Below, one piece after another: positions 20,561 through 30,709 of a stretch of 64,000 nucleotides of DNA. Position numbers and translations under genes: made by a program. How positions within the stretch are numbered: the first letter of the stretch is position 1; the number at the start of each line of letters is the position of its first letter. The notes under the pieces are model-generated. The model ran no database searches, was not told where the DNA came from, and saw only the letters and a program-made list of their open reading frames with translations. The stretch is from an uncultured Gemmatimonadales bacterium (GTDB lineage Bacteria; Gemmatimonadota; Gemmatimonadetes; Gemmatimonadales; Gemmatimonadaceae), in NCBI GenBank assembly GCA_963793305.1, contig CAWBZV010000003.1, positions 1,056,001 through 1,120,000 of the forward strand, written 5' to 3'.

Positions 20561-21625
20561 TCGGCGGCGGCATTCTCGGCCTCGCGCATGCGTACCTGGC
20601 GGCGAAGCGAGGGTGGCGCGTCACGCTGTTCGAGCGCCATCAGCGCGCGACTGGCGCGTCCGTCCGCAACTTCGGCCAGATCTGGCCCATCGGCCAGCCG
20701 GCCGAGATGCGAGAGATCGCGCTCAGGAGCCGCGCCCTCTGGGTCCAGATGCTGACTGACACGCATCTGCCATTTCGCCCCACCGGGTCGCTGCACGTGG
20801 CCTATCGGGATGATGAGATCGCCGTCCTAGAAGAGTGCAGGCTAGGTACGCTACTCTCTCCGGGCGAGACGGCCGAGCGATCGCAAGCCATTGAGACGCG
20901 CGGTCTCCTCGGCGCATTGTGGAGCGAGACCGAGCTCACGGTCGATCCGCGTCGCATTGTTGGCGCCTTACCCGAAGTCTTGCGCTCACTCGGAGTCGAC
21001 GTGCAATTCGGTTGCCCGGTGATTGGCATAGATGTGCCGCGCATAGAGACGGCACGCGGTGCATTCGAGGCCGACGCAGCCATCGTCTGCTCGGGCGACG
21101 ACTTCGAAACGCTGTATCCCGACATATTCGCGGCCAGCGGGCTCACCCGGTGCAAGCTCCAGAATGATGCGCACGGTGCCGCAGCCCAATGGCTGGGAGC
21201 TCGGGCCCGCGTTGGCGGCGGGACTGACCCTGCGATTCTACAAAGCGTTTCGCGAGTGCGAGACGCTCGGCCGCTTACGAGACCGCATCGCCAGAGAACA
21301 GCCGGAGTATGATCGCTGGGCCATCCACACTCTCGTCTCGCAGACGGCCGATGGCGCGATAACGCTGGGCGACTCGCACGAGTATGGCCCGACGCCGAGC
21401 GTATTCGATCGCCCGGAGATCGATCGGCTGATTCTCGATGATCTCGAGCGATACTTGAGAATCCCGAGCTGGGAGTTGGCCGAGCGCTGGCACGGAGTCT
21501 ATGCGTGGCATCCGGAGAAGCCGTTCATAGATTGCGAGCCGGCACAAGGTGTCCGCATTATCACCGGAGTAGGCGGCTCGGGCATGACGCTGTCGTTCGG
21601 TTTGGCCGAGAGGACGCTGGCGTGA
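20542..21625 (+). CDS. FAD-dependent oxidoreductase, TIGR03364-like, phosphonate-associated (apparent frameshift at about 21163)
   Basis: VIGGGILGLAHA, GASVRNFG, CKLQMMR after repair, GDSHEY and GG.GMTLSFG. Confidence 0.85.
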
Positions 21626-22377
21626 TCACGGCGGTAATCCTCGACTGGGCGGGAACGACGGTCGACCACGGGAGTATTGCCCCGGTCGCGGCAATGCGCA
21701 TGCTCTTCTCATCGGTCGGACTCGACATCCCGACGGAGGAGATCCGCGCGTCGATGGGACTCCCCAAGAAGGACCATATCCGCGCGATCGCCACGGCCCA
21801 CGGACGCGGCGACATTGACGCGCTCTACGCGGCGTTCATCCCGAAGCAGATGGACAGCCTCGTCGAACACTCGGGCGTGATCGCTGGCGTAAGCGCTGCC
21901 GTGCAGCGCATGCGCGCGCGCGGACTCAAGATCGGCTCGACGACCGGTTACAATCGTGCGATGCTCGACTACGTGAAGGAGCGCGCCAAGGCGCAGGGGT
22001 ACGCCCCGGACTGCGCGTTGTGCCCGGATGACGTCGGTGGCGGCCGGCCGATGCCATGGATGTGCTTCGCGACCGCCGTGTTTCTTCGAGTCTATCCCAT
22101 GTCGACCATGGTGAAGATAGGCGACACGGAGGTCGACATCGCCGAGGGTCGCAACGCCGGCATGTGGACGATCGGCGTGGCGCGGACCGGCAACGAGGTC
22201 GGGTTGTCGCAGCGCGAGTGGGACGCACTCGGCGACGGCGCTCGCGACGGCCTGTTGCGGACGGCTCGCGACAGGCTCTACGCCGCCGGCGCTGATTACG
22301 TCATCGACACAGTGGCTGAAGTCGATAACGCCCTGGATAGCATCGACGAACGCCTCGGGCGGGGCGAGAGACCATAG
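21622..22377 (+). CDS. phnX: Phosphonoacetaldehyde hydrolase (phosphonatase)
   Basis: DWAGTTVDHGS.AP, MGLPKKDHI with Schiff-base Lys, GSTTGY, GRP.PWM and KIGDT..DI.EG.NAG. Confidence 0.95.
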   Translation: MITAVILDWAGTTVDHGSIAPVAAMRMLFSSVGLDIPTEEIRASMGLPKKDHIRAIATAHGRGDIDALYAAFIPKQMDSLVEHSGVIAGVSAAVQRMRARGLKIGSTTGYNRAMLDYVKERAKAQGYAPDCALCPDDVGGGRPMPWMCFATAVFLRVYPMSTMVKIGDTEVDIAEGRNAGMWTIGVARTGNEVGLSQREWDALGDGARDGLLRTARDRLYAAGADYVIDTVAEVDNALDSIDERLGRGERP

Positions 22378-22417
22378 GCTGAAACTGGCGTTCCGGCCAT
22401 CTCGTACGGTCGTCACC

Positions 22418-24916
22418 ATGCGCAACCTCAAGCTGGCGGTGCGGACGATGGCCAAGAGCCCGTTCGTCACCATCGTAGCCGTGCTCTCGCTTGCCTTAGG
22501 CCTCGGCGCCAACACGGCGATTTTCTCGATGGTCAACCTGACGTTGCTGCAGCCGATTCCCGCGGCTGATCCCTCGCGGCTCGTCAATCTGGCGGCGTCC
22601 AAGCCGCAACTCGGCGGCAATTCCTGCAACCAAGCGGGCGCCTGCGACGAGGTGTTCAGCTACCCGATGTTCCGGGACCTGGAGAAGGCCAAGACCGGCC
22701 TCTCGGGACTGGCGGCCCACCGCAGCTTCGGTGTCAACGTCGCGATGGCCGGCCAGACGCCGATCAGCGGCGAAGGGATGTACGTCTCCGGCTCCTACTT
22801 CCCGGTGCTCGGTCTTCGGCCGGCGCTGGGTCGCCTGATCGCGCCGTCCGACGACCAGGCGATTGCCGGGAGCTACGTTGCCGTTCTCGATCACGCGTAT
22901 TGGGAATCGCAACTGGCATCCGACCCGAACGTCCTCGGTCGCACGATCACCGTCAACGGCCAGGACTTGACGATTATCGGGATCGGCCCGAGGGGCTTCA
23001 GCGGCACCACGCTCGGCACCCGGCCGTACGTCTACGTGCCGATCACCATGCGGGGCGTGCTCACTCTCGGGGCCACGGGCTTCGAGCAGCAACGCACGTT
23101 CTACTGGATCTATGTGTTCGGACGCCTCGCGCCAGGGGTGTCGATCGGTCAGGCGCGAGCGGCCATCAATGCCGTGTACAGCCCGATCTTGAGTGACGTC
23201 GAAGCCCCGCTCCATAAGGACGCCAGCGACAAGACGCTGGCCCAATTCAAGGCGAGACAGATCCACCTCACCGATGGCCGAAGCGGGCAGAGCAGCGTGC
23301 ATGTCGCCGCGAAGACTCCACTCGCGCTCCTCTTCGCGATCACCGGCATCGTGCTGCTGATCGCGTGTGCCAACATCGCCAACTTGCTGCTCGCCCGGGC
23401 CGCCGGCCGACAGATGGAGATGGCCGTTCGCATCTCGATGGGCGCGACCCGCCGGCAGCTCGTCGCACAGCTCCTCACCGAATCCTTGCTCCTCGCCGTG
23501 CTTGGCGGGGTGGCCAGCATCCCGGCCGCGCACTTTACGCTCGCGAGCATCTCCACGATGTTGCCGCCGGAAGTGCAGCGCACGATCGACTTCCGTTTGA
23601 GCGGCACGGCCATGCTGTTCACCGGTGCGCTGGCGCTGGCCACGAGCCTGTTCTTTGGTTTGGTGCCGTCGATTCGGAGCACGCGCCCGGACATGATCAC
23701 GGCGCTCCGGAGCGGCGCCGGCCACCTGTCGGGCGGGCGCGGGGCGGCGCGTTTCCGCTCGGGGCTCGTCACCGCGCAAATCGCGCTCTCGATCATGCTC
23801 CTCACGTGCGCGGGTTTGTTCGTCAAGAGCCTCCACAACGTGAGCCAGGTGGACCTGGGCCTCAACGCCGAGAACGTGGTGACGTTCGGCATCTCACCGC
23901 GCATGAGCGGCTACGATACGACCGGCGCCATGGCGCTCATGCAGCGCGCCCGCGATGCACTCGGCGCAGTTCCCGGGATCCGAGGGGTCGCCACCGGGCT
24001 AATCCCGATACTGGCCGGCAACAACTGGGGCGAGGGCGTGTCGGTCGAAGGGTTCAAAAAGATGCCGGACACGGACGTCGAGTCATCGTTCAATGCCGTG
24101 AGCCCGGGGTATTTCGCGATGCTCGGCATTCCGATGCTCGCCGGGCGCGAGTTCACCGCCAGCGACAACGCGGCGGGTCACAAGGTGGCGATCGTCAACG
24201 AAGCGTTCGCCAAGAAGTTCAATCTGGGGCGCGACGCCGTCGGCAAGCGCATGTCGATCAACAACGATTCGCTCAACATTGAGATCGTCGGGCTCGTCAA
24301 GAACTCGAAGTACTCGGGGGTGACGCCGCCGATTCCGCCGGTCGTCGTGGTGCCGTACATCCAAAGCGGGGAAGGGGGGACGATCGTCTTTTATGCGCGA
24401 ACCGCGCTGCCGACGACCGAGACCGTGCGCGCGATTCGCGAGACGATGCGTGGGCTCGATCCGAAGCTCCCGCTCGAAAACCTCAAAACGCTGCCGCAGC
24501 AAGTTCGGGAGAACGTCTTCCTGGAGCGCATGATGTCGCGCGCCTCGGCGGCGTTTGCCACGTTGGCCACACTGCTGGCGGCGATCGGCCTGTACGGCGT
24601 GCTGGCGTACTCAGTCACCCAGCGCACGCGGGAGATTGGCGTGCGCATGGCGCTCGGCGCCGACCGCGGCCGCGTACGCGGGATGGTACTCCGCCAGGTG
24701 GGCATGATGACGGCCATCGGCGGCGTGATCGGGATAGCCGGCGCGTTCGTGTTGGGTCGCGGCGCCGCGGCCCTGTTGTATCAGCTGGAGGGGAACGACC
24801 CTCTGGTCTTCGCGGCATCGGCGGGCGTCCTGACGTTAGTCGCGATGGGCGCCGGCCTGCTCCCTGCCATGCGGGCCAGTCGCATTGATCCGATGCGGGC
24901 TTTGCGATACGATTGA
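22418..24916 (+). CDS. ADOP-type duplicated MacB/FtsX ABC permease
   Basis: LALGLGANTAIFS, IACANIANLLLAR, GLYGVLAYSV.QRTREIGVRMALGA and ASRIDPMRALRYD. Confidence 0.95.
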   Translation: MRNLKLAVRTMAKSPFVTIVAVLSLALGLGANTAIFSMVNLTLLQPIPAADPSRLVNLAASKPQLGGNSCNQAGACDEVFSYPMFRDLEKAKTGLSGLAAHRSFGVNVAMAGQTPISGEGMYVSGSYFPVLGLRPALGRLIAPSDDQAIAGSYVAVLDHAYWESQLASDPNVLGRTITVNGQDLTIIGIGPRGFSGTTLGTRPYVYVPITMRGVLTLGATGFEQQRTFYWIYVFGRLAPGVSIGQARAAINAVYSPILSDVEAPLHKDASDKTLAQFKARQIHLTDGRSGQSSVHVAAKTPLALLFAITGIVLLIACANIANLLLARAAGRQMEMAVRISMGATRRQLVAQLLTESLLLAVLGGVASIPAAHFTLASISTMLPPEVQRTIDFRLSGTAMLFTGALALATSLFFGLVPSIRSTRPDMITALRSGAGHLSGGRGAARFRSGLVTAQIALSIMLLTCAGLFVKSLHNVSQVDLGLNAENVVTFGISPRMSGYDTTGAMALMQRARDALGAVPGIRGVATGLIPILAGNNWGEGVSVEGFKKMPDTDVESSFNAVSPGYFAMLGIPMLAGREFTASDNAAGHKVAIVNEAFAKKFNLGRDAVGKRMSINNDSLNIEIVGLVKNSKYSGVTPPIPPVVVVPYIQSGEGGTIVFYARTALPTTETVRAIRETMRGLDPKLPLENLKTLPQQVRENVFLERMMSRASAAFATLATLLAAIGLYGVLAYSVTQRTREIGVRMALGADRGRVRGMVLRQVGMMTAIGGVIGIAGAFVLGRGAAALLYQLEGNDPLVFAASAGVLTLVAMGAGLLPAMRASRIDPMRALRYD

Positions 24917-24921
24917 GGCTT

Positions 24922-25797
24922 ATGCGCTGTCTCCCGCTGGCCCTCCTCGCGCTTGTGGCATGCGGCGGCAAAAAAGATGCGCCGGCATCGGACACGAAGG
25001 CGCAGATGGACTCGAATTTCCACCAGGCTGTGACCGAGCTGCAGCAGCGCAAGTCGTCAGGCCACAAATACGGCCCCCCGACGGGGAAAATCCGCGTCGC
25101 GAACATGCTCGACCTGGCGGGAAAGCCGAGCGGCCCGGTGGATCTCTACGATATCCGGAATCCCGACTCGACGACGGCGCCGCTGATCGCGAATCTCGCC
25201 TACGGCCAGCTCTCGGGCTACGTCTCGCCACGCGGTGCCGATCCCGGCTACCCGAGCAACCTGTACGTGTTCGCGGCCGGGACGAAGACGCCGCAAGCCC
25301 CCTTCAACAGCAGCATCGACAACTCGGGATTCAAGGCGACGGACCAGATGACGATCGCGCTCGGTCCCTCGAAGATGCTGAACGGCCTCGCGTTCCCGGC
25401 GCTCGCCGAAGCCGGCGACCGGAACCCGCACTGGATCGACTCATCGCGCGCGGTGCCCGCAGGGCAGGCGTTGCTCATCGGGTTGCAGGCCAACACCAGC
25501 GCCGACTCGTTGCCGTATTTCTATCTGGTCGTCGACGGCGCGTGCCCGATCGCGACGAACGACCCGAGAGCCAAGATCCCGATGGCCCTCGGCACGGAGC
25601 AGCACTACCTGGTGACACCGGGCTCGCACACGATCGGCCTCGTCACTGCGCCGAGCGGCATCAACAACTGCACGGGCAAGACCCCGGTCGGCACGAGCGC
25701 CGTGACCGTCACCGCCGGCCAGCGGTACATCGTTTTTGTCTACGGCCGCTCGAGCGACGGATACAAGACACTGACTGCGCCGATCGTCGCACCGTGA
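24922..25797 (+). CDS. Lipoprotein, DUF4397-like
   Basis: LVAC lipobox; KIRVAN...GPVDLY...IANLAYGQLSGY resembles the DUF4397 beta domain. Confidence 0.6.
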   Translation: MRCLPLALLALVACGGKKDAPASDTKAQMDSNFHQAVTELQQRKSSGHKYGPPTGKIRVANMLDLAGKPSGPVDLYDIRNPDSTTAPLIANLAYGQLSGYVSPRGADPGYPSNLYVFAAGTKTPQAPFNSSIDNSGFKATDQMTIALGPSKMLNGLAFPALAEAGDRNPHWIDSSRAVPAGQALLIGLQANTSADSLPYFYLVVDGACPIATNDPRAKIPMALGTEQHYLVTPGSHTIGLVTAPSGINNCTGKTPVGTSAVTVTAGQRYIVFVYGRSSDGYKTLTAPIVAP

Positions 25798-26813
25798 GCG
25801 CGGGTCGCATTACGGCAGTGACCCAGCGTGGCGAGACGCAGGTCGACGCGATCGACGTTCCGCGCGACGCGATATTTCGCATCTCGTCGATGACGAAGCC
25901 GATCACTGCCGCGGCGGTGATGATCCTCGTGGACGAAGGCGCGATCAAGCTCGACGAGCCCGTCGATCGCCTGTTACCCGAGCTCGCGAACCGGCGAGTC
26001 CTGCGTCACGTCGACGCACCGCTCGACGACACCGTTCCTGCCCGGCGCGCGATCACCGCGCGTGACCTGCTGACGTTTACCTGGGGATTTGGCGTTCCGC
26101 TGGTCGCACCGGGAACATGGCCCATTCAGCGCGCCGCCGTCGCGCTCGACATTCGACTCGGGCCCCCGCATCCCCAAGAGCAACCCGCACCCGACGAATG
26201 GATCCGCCGGCTCGGCACACTGCCACTCATGACGCAACCGGGCGAGCAGTGGCTGTACGACACCGGCAGCGACGTGCTCGGCGTTCTCATCGCTCGCGCG
26301 TCAGGCAAGCCGCTCGATGTGTTCCTCCGCGAACGAATCTTCGAACCGCTCGGCATGAAGGACACCGGCTTCAGCGTGCCACCGGCCGACTTGGGTCGCC
26401 TGGTGACGAGCTATTCAGGCGACCTCTCGGTCTACGACGAAGCGAAGGGCGGCCAGTGGAGCCGGCCACCGGCGTTCCCATCTGGCTCGGGCGGCCTCGT
26501 GTCGACGATCGATGATTATCTGGCGTTCTCGCACTGGTTCCGAAAGCGCGAAAGCTCGATGGCGACCGATCAGCTCACGCAGGCCCAGCGGCTGGCCACC
26601 GCGTATTGGCTGCCAGGGTACTTCCACAACCACGGCTGGGGATTCGGCGTAGAAGTGGATCTCGCCAATGGTCGCTACGGGTGGGACGGTGGACTCGGCT
26701 CGGCGTGGCGCGTGGACCCCGCAAAAGATCTGGAGCTGATCATCCTCACGCAACGCGCGTTTACCTCGCCGGTCCCACCCGAGGTCATCGCCGACTTTCT
26801 CAGTGCTTTTTGA
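25794..26813 (+). CDS. Serine hydrolase, beta-lactamase class C/esterase family
   Basis: FRISSMTKP (SxxK), PGEQWLY, IFEPLGM.DT, GGL.ST and YGWDGG; GTG overlaps the upstream TGA. Confidence 0.9.
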   Translation: MSAGRITAVTQRGETQVDAIDVPRDAIFRISSMTKPITAAAVMILVDEGAIKLDEPVDRLLPELANRRVLRHVDAPLDDTVPARRAITARDLLTFTWGFGVPLVAPGTWPIQRAAVALDIRLGPPHPQEQPAPDEWIRRLGTLPLMTQPGEQWLYDTGSDVLGVLIARASGKPLDVFLRERIFEPLGMKDTGFSVPPADLGRLVTSYSGDLSVYDEAKGGQWSRPPAFPSGSGGLVSTIDDYLAFSHWFRKRESSMATDQLTQAQRLATAYWLPGYFHNHGWGFGVEVDLANGRYGWDGGLGSAWRVDPAKDLELIILTQRAFTSPVPPEVIADFLSAF

Positions 26814-27807
26814 AGATCGCCTTGGGAATCATCATGTGAACGCCAACATTGCCGTCGACCAACTCGGTGATGTGCAGGTCGGCCGCGATGCTCGCGAGGC
26901 GATAGGCTTCCATCGTCGATAAGCCCCGAGTCGACGTGAGAAACGCGATCATCTCCTGCACGGCGACCTTCGTGGCCTGCGTCAGGTCCTTGTCCGTCCC
27001 CATCGTGATGTAATACGTCGGCGTTTCCGCGCGCGGCCACGTCAGATGCATGTCCTTGCGCACGATGAGCTGGATGCGCCCCATGAGCAACGTCTCGATC
27101 GCCGTCTGATCGACTTCGCCATCGCCCTGCGCCACGTGCCCGTCGCCGATCTCGAATAGCGCACCGGGCGCAAAGACCGGGATGTACAGCGTGGTCCCGG
27201 CGACGAGGTACTTGTTGTCGAGATTGCCGGCGTGCATGCCGGGAGGATTGCTGGAGAGCCGCCCGGAGTCCGGCGGCGGCGCATTGCCCATGCTGCCAAA
27301 GAACGGCTGCAGCGGGATGGTAATGTCCGGCCCCAGCGATGCGGTCATGTGCACCGTGTCGAGCTGAATGATGCGCGTCCGTCCGGAGTCGGCGCAGTTC
27401 TCCTTGAGGAACCCGCTGCAGCCGTTGTAGCCGTAGTCGATGTCCGGCCGGATCTTGAGAAACCGAACCTCGAGCACGTCGCCGACCTCCGCGCCATCGA
27501 CCGCAATCGGCCCGGTCAGGATGTGGCCACCGGGTCCCTTGTCGGTGACCTGCGTGGTGATGTCACGCAGCGCCTGCTGCACTTTCGCCGGTGGCAGCCC
27601 GGCCTTCTCCAACCGGTCGGGCACGTTCGTCAGCATCGTGTGGACCACGACGATGTCGCCGGACGCCACGTGCAGAACGGGCTGTGCGGCGGCGCTATAG
27701 TAGCCCCACGCCACGGTTTGGGGCGTGGCGGGCAACTGGTGCACGTGCGGCGTCTGGGCCGACGCCATCTTGACGATCAAGAGGAGAGGCGCTAGGTATG
27801 TTCGCAT
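26800..27807 (-). CDS. Acetamidase/formamidase family protein with signal peptide
   Basis: GHILTGPI.V.GAE.GD.L, PFFG.MG, GNLD, GDGH..QGDGEV..TAIE. Confidence 0.9.
   Translation of the reverse strand: MRTYLAPLLLIVKMASAQTPHVHQLPATPQTVAWGYYSAAAQPVLHVASGDIVVVHTMLTNVPDRLEKAGLPPAKVQQALRDITTQVTDKGPGGHILTGPIAVDGAEVGDVLEVRFLKIRPDIDYGYNGCSGFLKENCADSGRTRIIQLDTVHMTASLGPDITIPLQPFFGSMGNAPPPDSGRLSSNPPGMHAGNLDNKYLVAGTTLYIPVFAPGALFEIGDGHVAQGDGEVDQTAIETLLMGRIQLIVRKDMHLTWPRAETPTYYITMGTDKDLTQATKVAVQEMIAFLTSTRGLSTMEAYRLASIAADLHITELVDGNVGVHMMIPKAIFKKH
27768..27782. promoter_or_regulatory. Putative PadR operator
   Basis: Perfect inverted repeat TCTTGA-CGA-TCAAGA just upstream of padR. Confidence 0.55.
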
Positions 27808-28141
27808 GGAAGAGAAGAATACCGATGTCATCCAAGGAACGCTCGACCTGTTGATTCTCAAGACGCTGAGTCTCGCGCCGATGCACGGCTTTGGCATCGC
27901 GCGGCGCGTGGAACAGGTCTCGCGCGGCGTGTTCAAGGTCAACCCGGGCTCCTTGCTCGTTGCGTTACAACGTTTGGAGCGGGCGGGCTGGCTGGACGCC
28001 GAGTGGCGCCAGACGGAGAACGCGCGGCGGGCGAAGTTCTATGCGCTCACGAAGGCCGGCAAGAAGCAACTCGAGGTCGAGACCGAGGACTGGACCCGTC
28101 GGGCCGGCGCCGTCATGCGCTTACTCAAGGCCGAAGGATAG
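27806..28141 (+). CDS. PadR-family transcriptional regulator (type associated with ADOP permeases)
   Basis: QGTLDLLILKTL..PMHGFGI, GSL..AL.RLE..GW and RRAKFY.LT.AG. Confidence 0.95.
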   Translation: MEEKNTDVIQGTLDLLILKTLSLAPMHGFGIARRVEQVSRGVFKVNPGSLLVALQRLERAGWLDAEWRQTENARRAKFYALTKAGKKQLEVETEDWTRRAGAVMRLLKAEG

Positions 28142-28144
28142 CCC

Positions 28145-30709
28145 ATGTCCCTGTGGCGGCAGATGAGACGCGGTCTCTACGTCCTGACGCATCGACGCGT
28201 GGCCGATCAGGACATCGCGGACGAGGTCCAGCACTTCCTCGATCAGATGGCGGCGGAAGACCGATCGGCGGCCCGTGTGACGATGGCGCGAGAGCAGGTG
28301 CGTTCGTACGGTTGGGAAAATCTGGTCGACCAAGTGATCGTCGATGCCCGCTATGCCGCGCGCCGGCTTCTCGCGTCGCCAGGGTTCACGACTGTCTGCG
28401 CGCTCACGCTCGCGGTCGGCATTGGCGCCAGCACCGCGATCTTCAGCGCCGTGTACCCGATTCTCTTCGAGCCGCTCCCGTATCCCGATGCGGGGCGCAT
28501 TCTCATGATCTCCGACCGCGGCGCGGGTGGCAGTCGCGTCGACGTCACGTTCGGCACCTACGCCGAGCTGGGGGCCCGCAGTCGATCGTTCAGTGCGCTC
28601 GCCGTCGTCGAGCCGTGGCAGCCCACGCTCACCGGTCGCGCCGAGCCGGAGCGACTGGACGGCCAACGCGTGAGCGCGAGCTATTTCCGCACGCTCGGCA
28701 TCACGCCCCGCCTCGGGCGCGATTTCGATGCGGCCGATGACCGGCCGCACGGGCCGAACGTCGTCCTCGTCAGCAATGCGCTGTGGCAGAAGGACGCCTC
28801 AATTCTTGGCAAGCAGATCACGTTGGACGGCGATCGCTATACCGTGATCGGCGTGATGCCGGCCGGGTTCGACAATGTCGTGTCGCCGTCGGCGCAGGTC
28901 TGGTCACTCCTCCAGTACGAATCCTCGGCGCCCTTCTTTCGCGATGCCGGCAGCCACTACACGCGGGAATGGGGCCATCACCTGGCCATGATCGGTCGCG
29001 TACGCTCCGGCGTGACTCTCGACGCCGCGCGCCGCGAGATCGAGGATCTCGCGCGAATCCCGACGCCCGAGTTCGTCCGGCCGTCCTGGGCATTGCTCGC
29101 CGATGGTCTGACCGTACACGCCCTGCAGGACGACGTGACGAGCGGCGTCCGCCCCGCGTTGCTCGCGATCCTCGGCGCGGTGCTGCTGGTTCTCACGATC
29201 GCCTGCGTCAATGTGACCAACTTGCTGCTCGCCCGCGGCGTTCAGCGCCGGGGCGAGTTTGCCATGCGCGCGGCCCTCGGCGCCGGCCGCGCACGAATTG
29301 TCGGACAGCTCGTAACCGAAAGCCTGCTCCTGGCGCTACTCGGTGGCATACTCGGCCTCGGACTCGCGGGGGTCGGCACGCGCGTGCTCGTGGCGCTCAG
29401 TCCACCGGAGCTGCCGCGCGTGAGCGCGATCGGCATCAATGGCTCGGTTTTCTTGTACGCCTTCGGCGTAACAACCGCCTGCGGCCTGCTCGTTGGCTTG
29501 ATCCCAGCGCTGCAGAATACGGCCAACCTGCGGCAACGTCAGCAACGTCATCACTCCATACGTAAAGCACTCGTCGTAACCGAGGTCGCGCTCTCCCTGG
29601 TACTCCTCGTTGGCGCGGGGTTGTTGCTGCGCAGCCTCGATCAACTCCTCAGCGTGCCGCCTGGGTTCAGGCCGTCGCACGTGCTGACGATGCAGGTGCA
29701 GGATGCCCAATCGCGCTATGAATTCTTCACGCGAGCCCTCGATGCCGTTCAGCGCGTACCGGGTGTGACATCGGCGGCGTATACGAGCCAGTTGCCGTTG
29801 AGCGGCAGACTCGACGGATACGGCGCGCACATGGAATCGAACAGGCGCACCGACGAGTCGGGCGACTTCAACGCGCTCCGATACACGGCCAGTCCAGGCT
29901 ACGTCAAAACGATGGGCATCGCGCTCCGTCGTGGGCGGTTGCTTGACGAGCACGACATCGCGGGCCAGCCGCACGCCATACTCGTGAGCGAGTCGTTCGC
30001 GAAGCGCAACCTCGCGGGCCAAGGTCCTCTGGGGCAGCGCCTCCGGTTCGGCCCGGACACCGTGTGGGCGACGATCGTCGGCGTGGTCGCCGACGTCAAG
30101 CAACAGTCGCTCGACGGCGATGAGACCGACGCCGTCTACAATAGCACGTCGCAGTGGGTCTGGGTCGACGCCAAGCAGTCGTTCGTGGTGCACACCCAGG
30201 GCGACCCGGCCGCGCTGGCACCGGCCGTCAAAGCCGCGATCTGGTCGGTGGACAAGGACGTGCCGATCGTGCAGGTCGCGACCATGAACGATCTCGTCGC
30301 GCGCTCCGAAGCCAAGCGCCAGTTCGCGCTCACGGTCTTCGAGGCATTCGGCCTCGCGGCGCTGGCGCTCGCCGCGATCGGTCTCTACGGCGTACTCTCC
30401 GGTGGCGTCACCGAGCGCCTTCGCGAGATCGGCCTGCGCTCGGCGCTTGGCGCATCGCCATTGGACATCGTGACGCTGATCGTCCGTCAGGGTATGACCC
30501 TGGCCACGTTGGGCATCGCGCTCGGCCTCTTCGGCGCGATCGTCGCCAGTCGCGCCATCGCATCGCTCCTCTTCGGTATCTCATCACTGGATCCCACGAC
30601 CTACGTCGGCGTGATCGCCGTGCTGCTCGGCGTCTCCGGCCTGGCGTGCTGGTTGCCGGCCATGCGGGCCTCCGGCGTCGCGCCACTCATCGCGCTTCGC
30701 ACCCCATGA
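28145..30709 (+). CDS. ADOP-type duplicated MacB/FtsX ABC permease with N-terminal prefix domain
   Basis: DIADEVQHFL prefix, LAVGIGASTAIFS, IACVNVTNLLLAR and GLYGVL...REIGLRSALGA. Confidence 0.95.
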   Translation: MSLWRQMRRGLYVLTHRRVADQDIADEVQHFLDQMAAEDRSAARVTMAREQVRSYGWENLVDQVIVDARYAARRLLASPGFTTVCALTLAVGIGASTAIFSAVYPILFEPLPYPDAGRILMISDRGAGGSRVDVTFGTYAELGARSRSFSALAVVEPWQPTLTGRAEPERLDGQRVSASYFRTLGITPRLGRDFDAADDRPHGPNVVLVSNALWQKDASILGKQITLDGDRYTVIGVMPAGFDNVVSPSAQVWSLLQYESSAPFFRDAGSHYTREWGHHLAMIGRVRSGVTLDAARREIEDLARIPTPEFVRPSWALLADGLTVHALQDDVTSGVRPALLAILGAVLLVLTIACVNVTNLLLARGVQRRGEFAMRAALGAGRARIVGQLVTESLLLALLGGILGLGLAGVGTRVLVALSPPELPRVSAIGINGSVFLYAFGVTTACGLLVGLIPALQNTANLRQRQQRHHSIRKALVVTEVALSLVLLVGAGLLLRSLDQLLSVPPGFRPSHVLTMQVQDAQSRYEFFTRALDAVQRVPGVTSAAYTSQLPLSGRLDGYGAHMESNRRTDESGDFNALRYTASPGYVKTMGIALRRGRLLDEHDIAGQPHAILVSESFAKRNLAGQGPLGQRLRFGPDTVWATIVGVVADVKQQSLDGDETDAVYNSTSQWVWVDAKQSFVVHTQGDPAALAPAVKAAIWSVDKDVPIVQVATMNDLVARSEAKRQFALTVFEAFGLAALALAAIGLYGVLSGGVTERLREIGLRSALGASPLDIVTLIVRQGMTLATLGIALGLFGAIVASRAIASLLFGISSLDPTTYVGVIAVLLGVSGLACWLPAMRASGVAPLIALRTP

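Noticed and set aside
24885..25793. N-terminal extensions of track ORFs (24885.., 30154.., 46083.., 19421.., 16553..) as fusions
   Set aside because: They overlap real genes in other frames or on the other strand; true starts are at the downstream coupled ATG/GTG
25794..26813. Beta-lactam resistance gene (also the three MBL-like genes)
   Set aside because: The SxxK protein looks like a family VIII esterase-type hydrolase, and the MBL-like proteins lack the zinc motif
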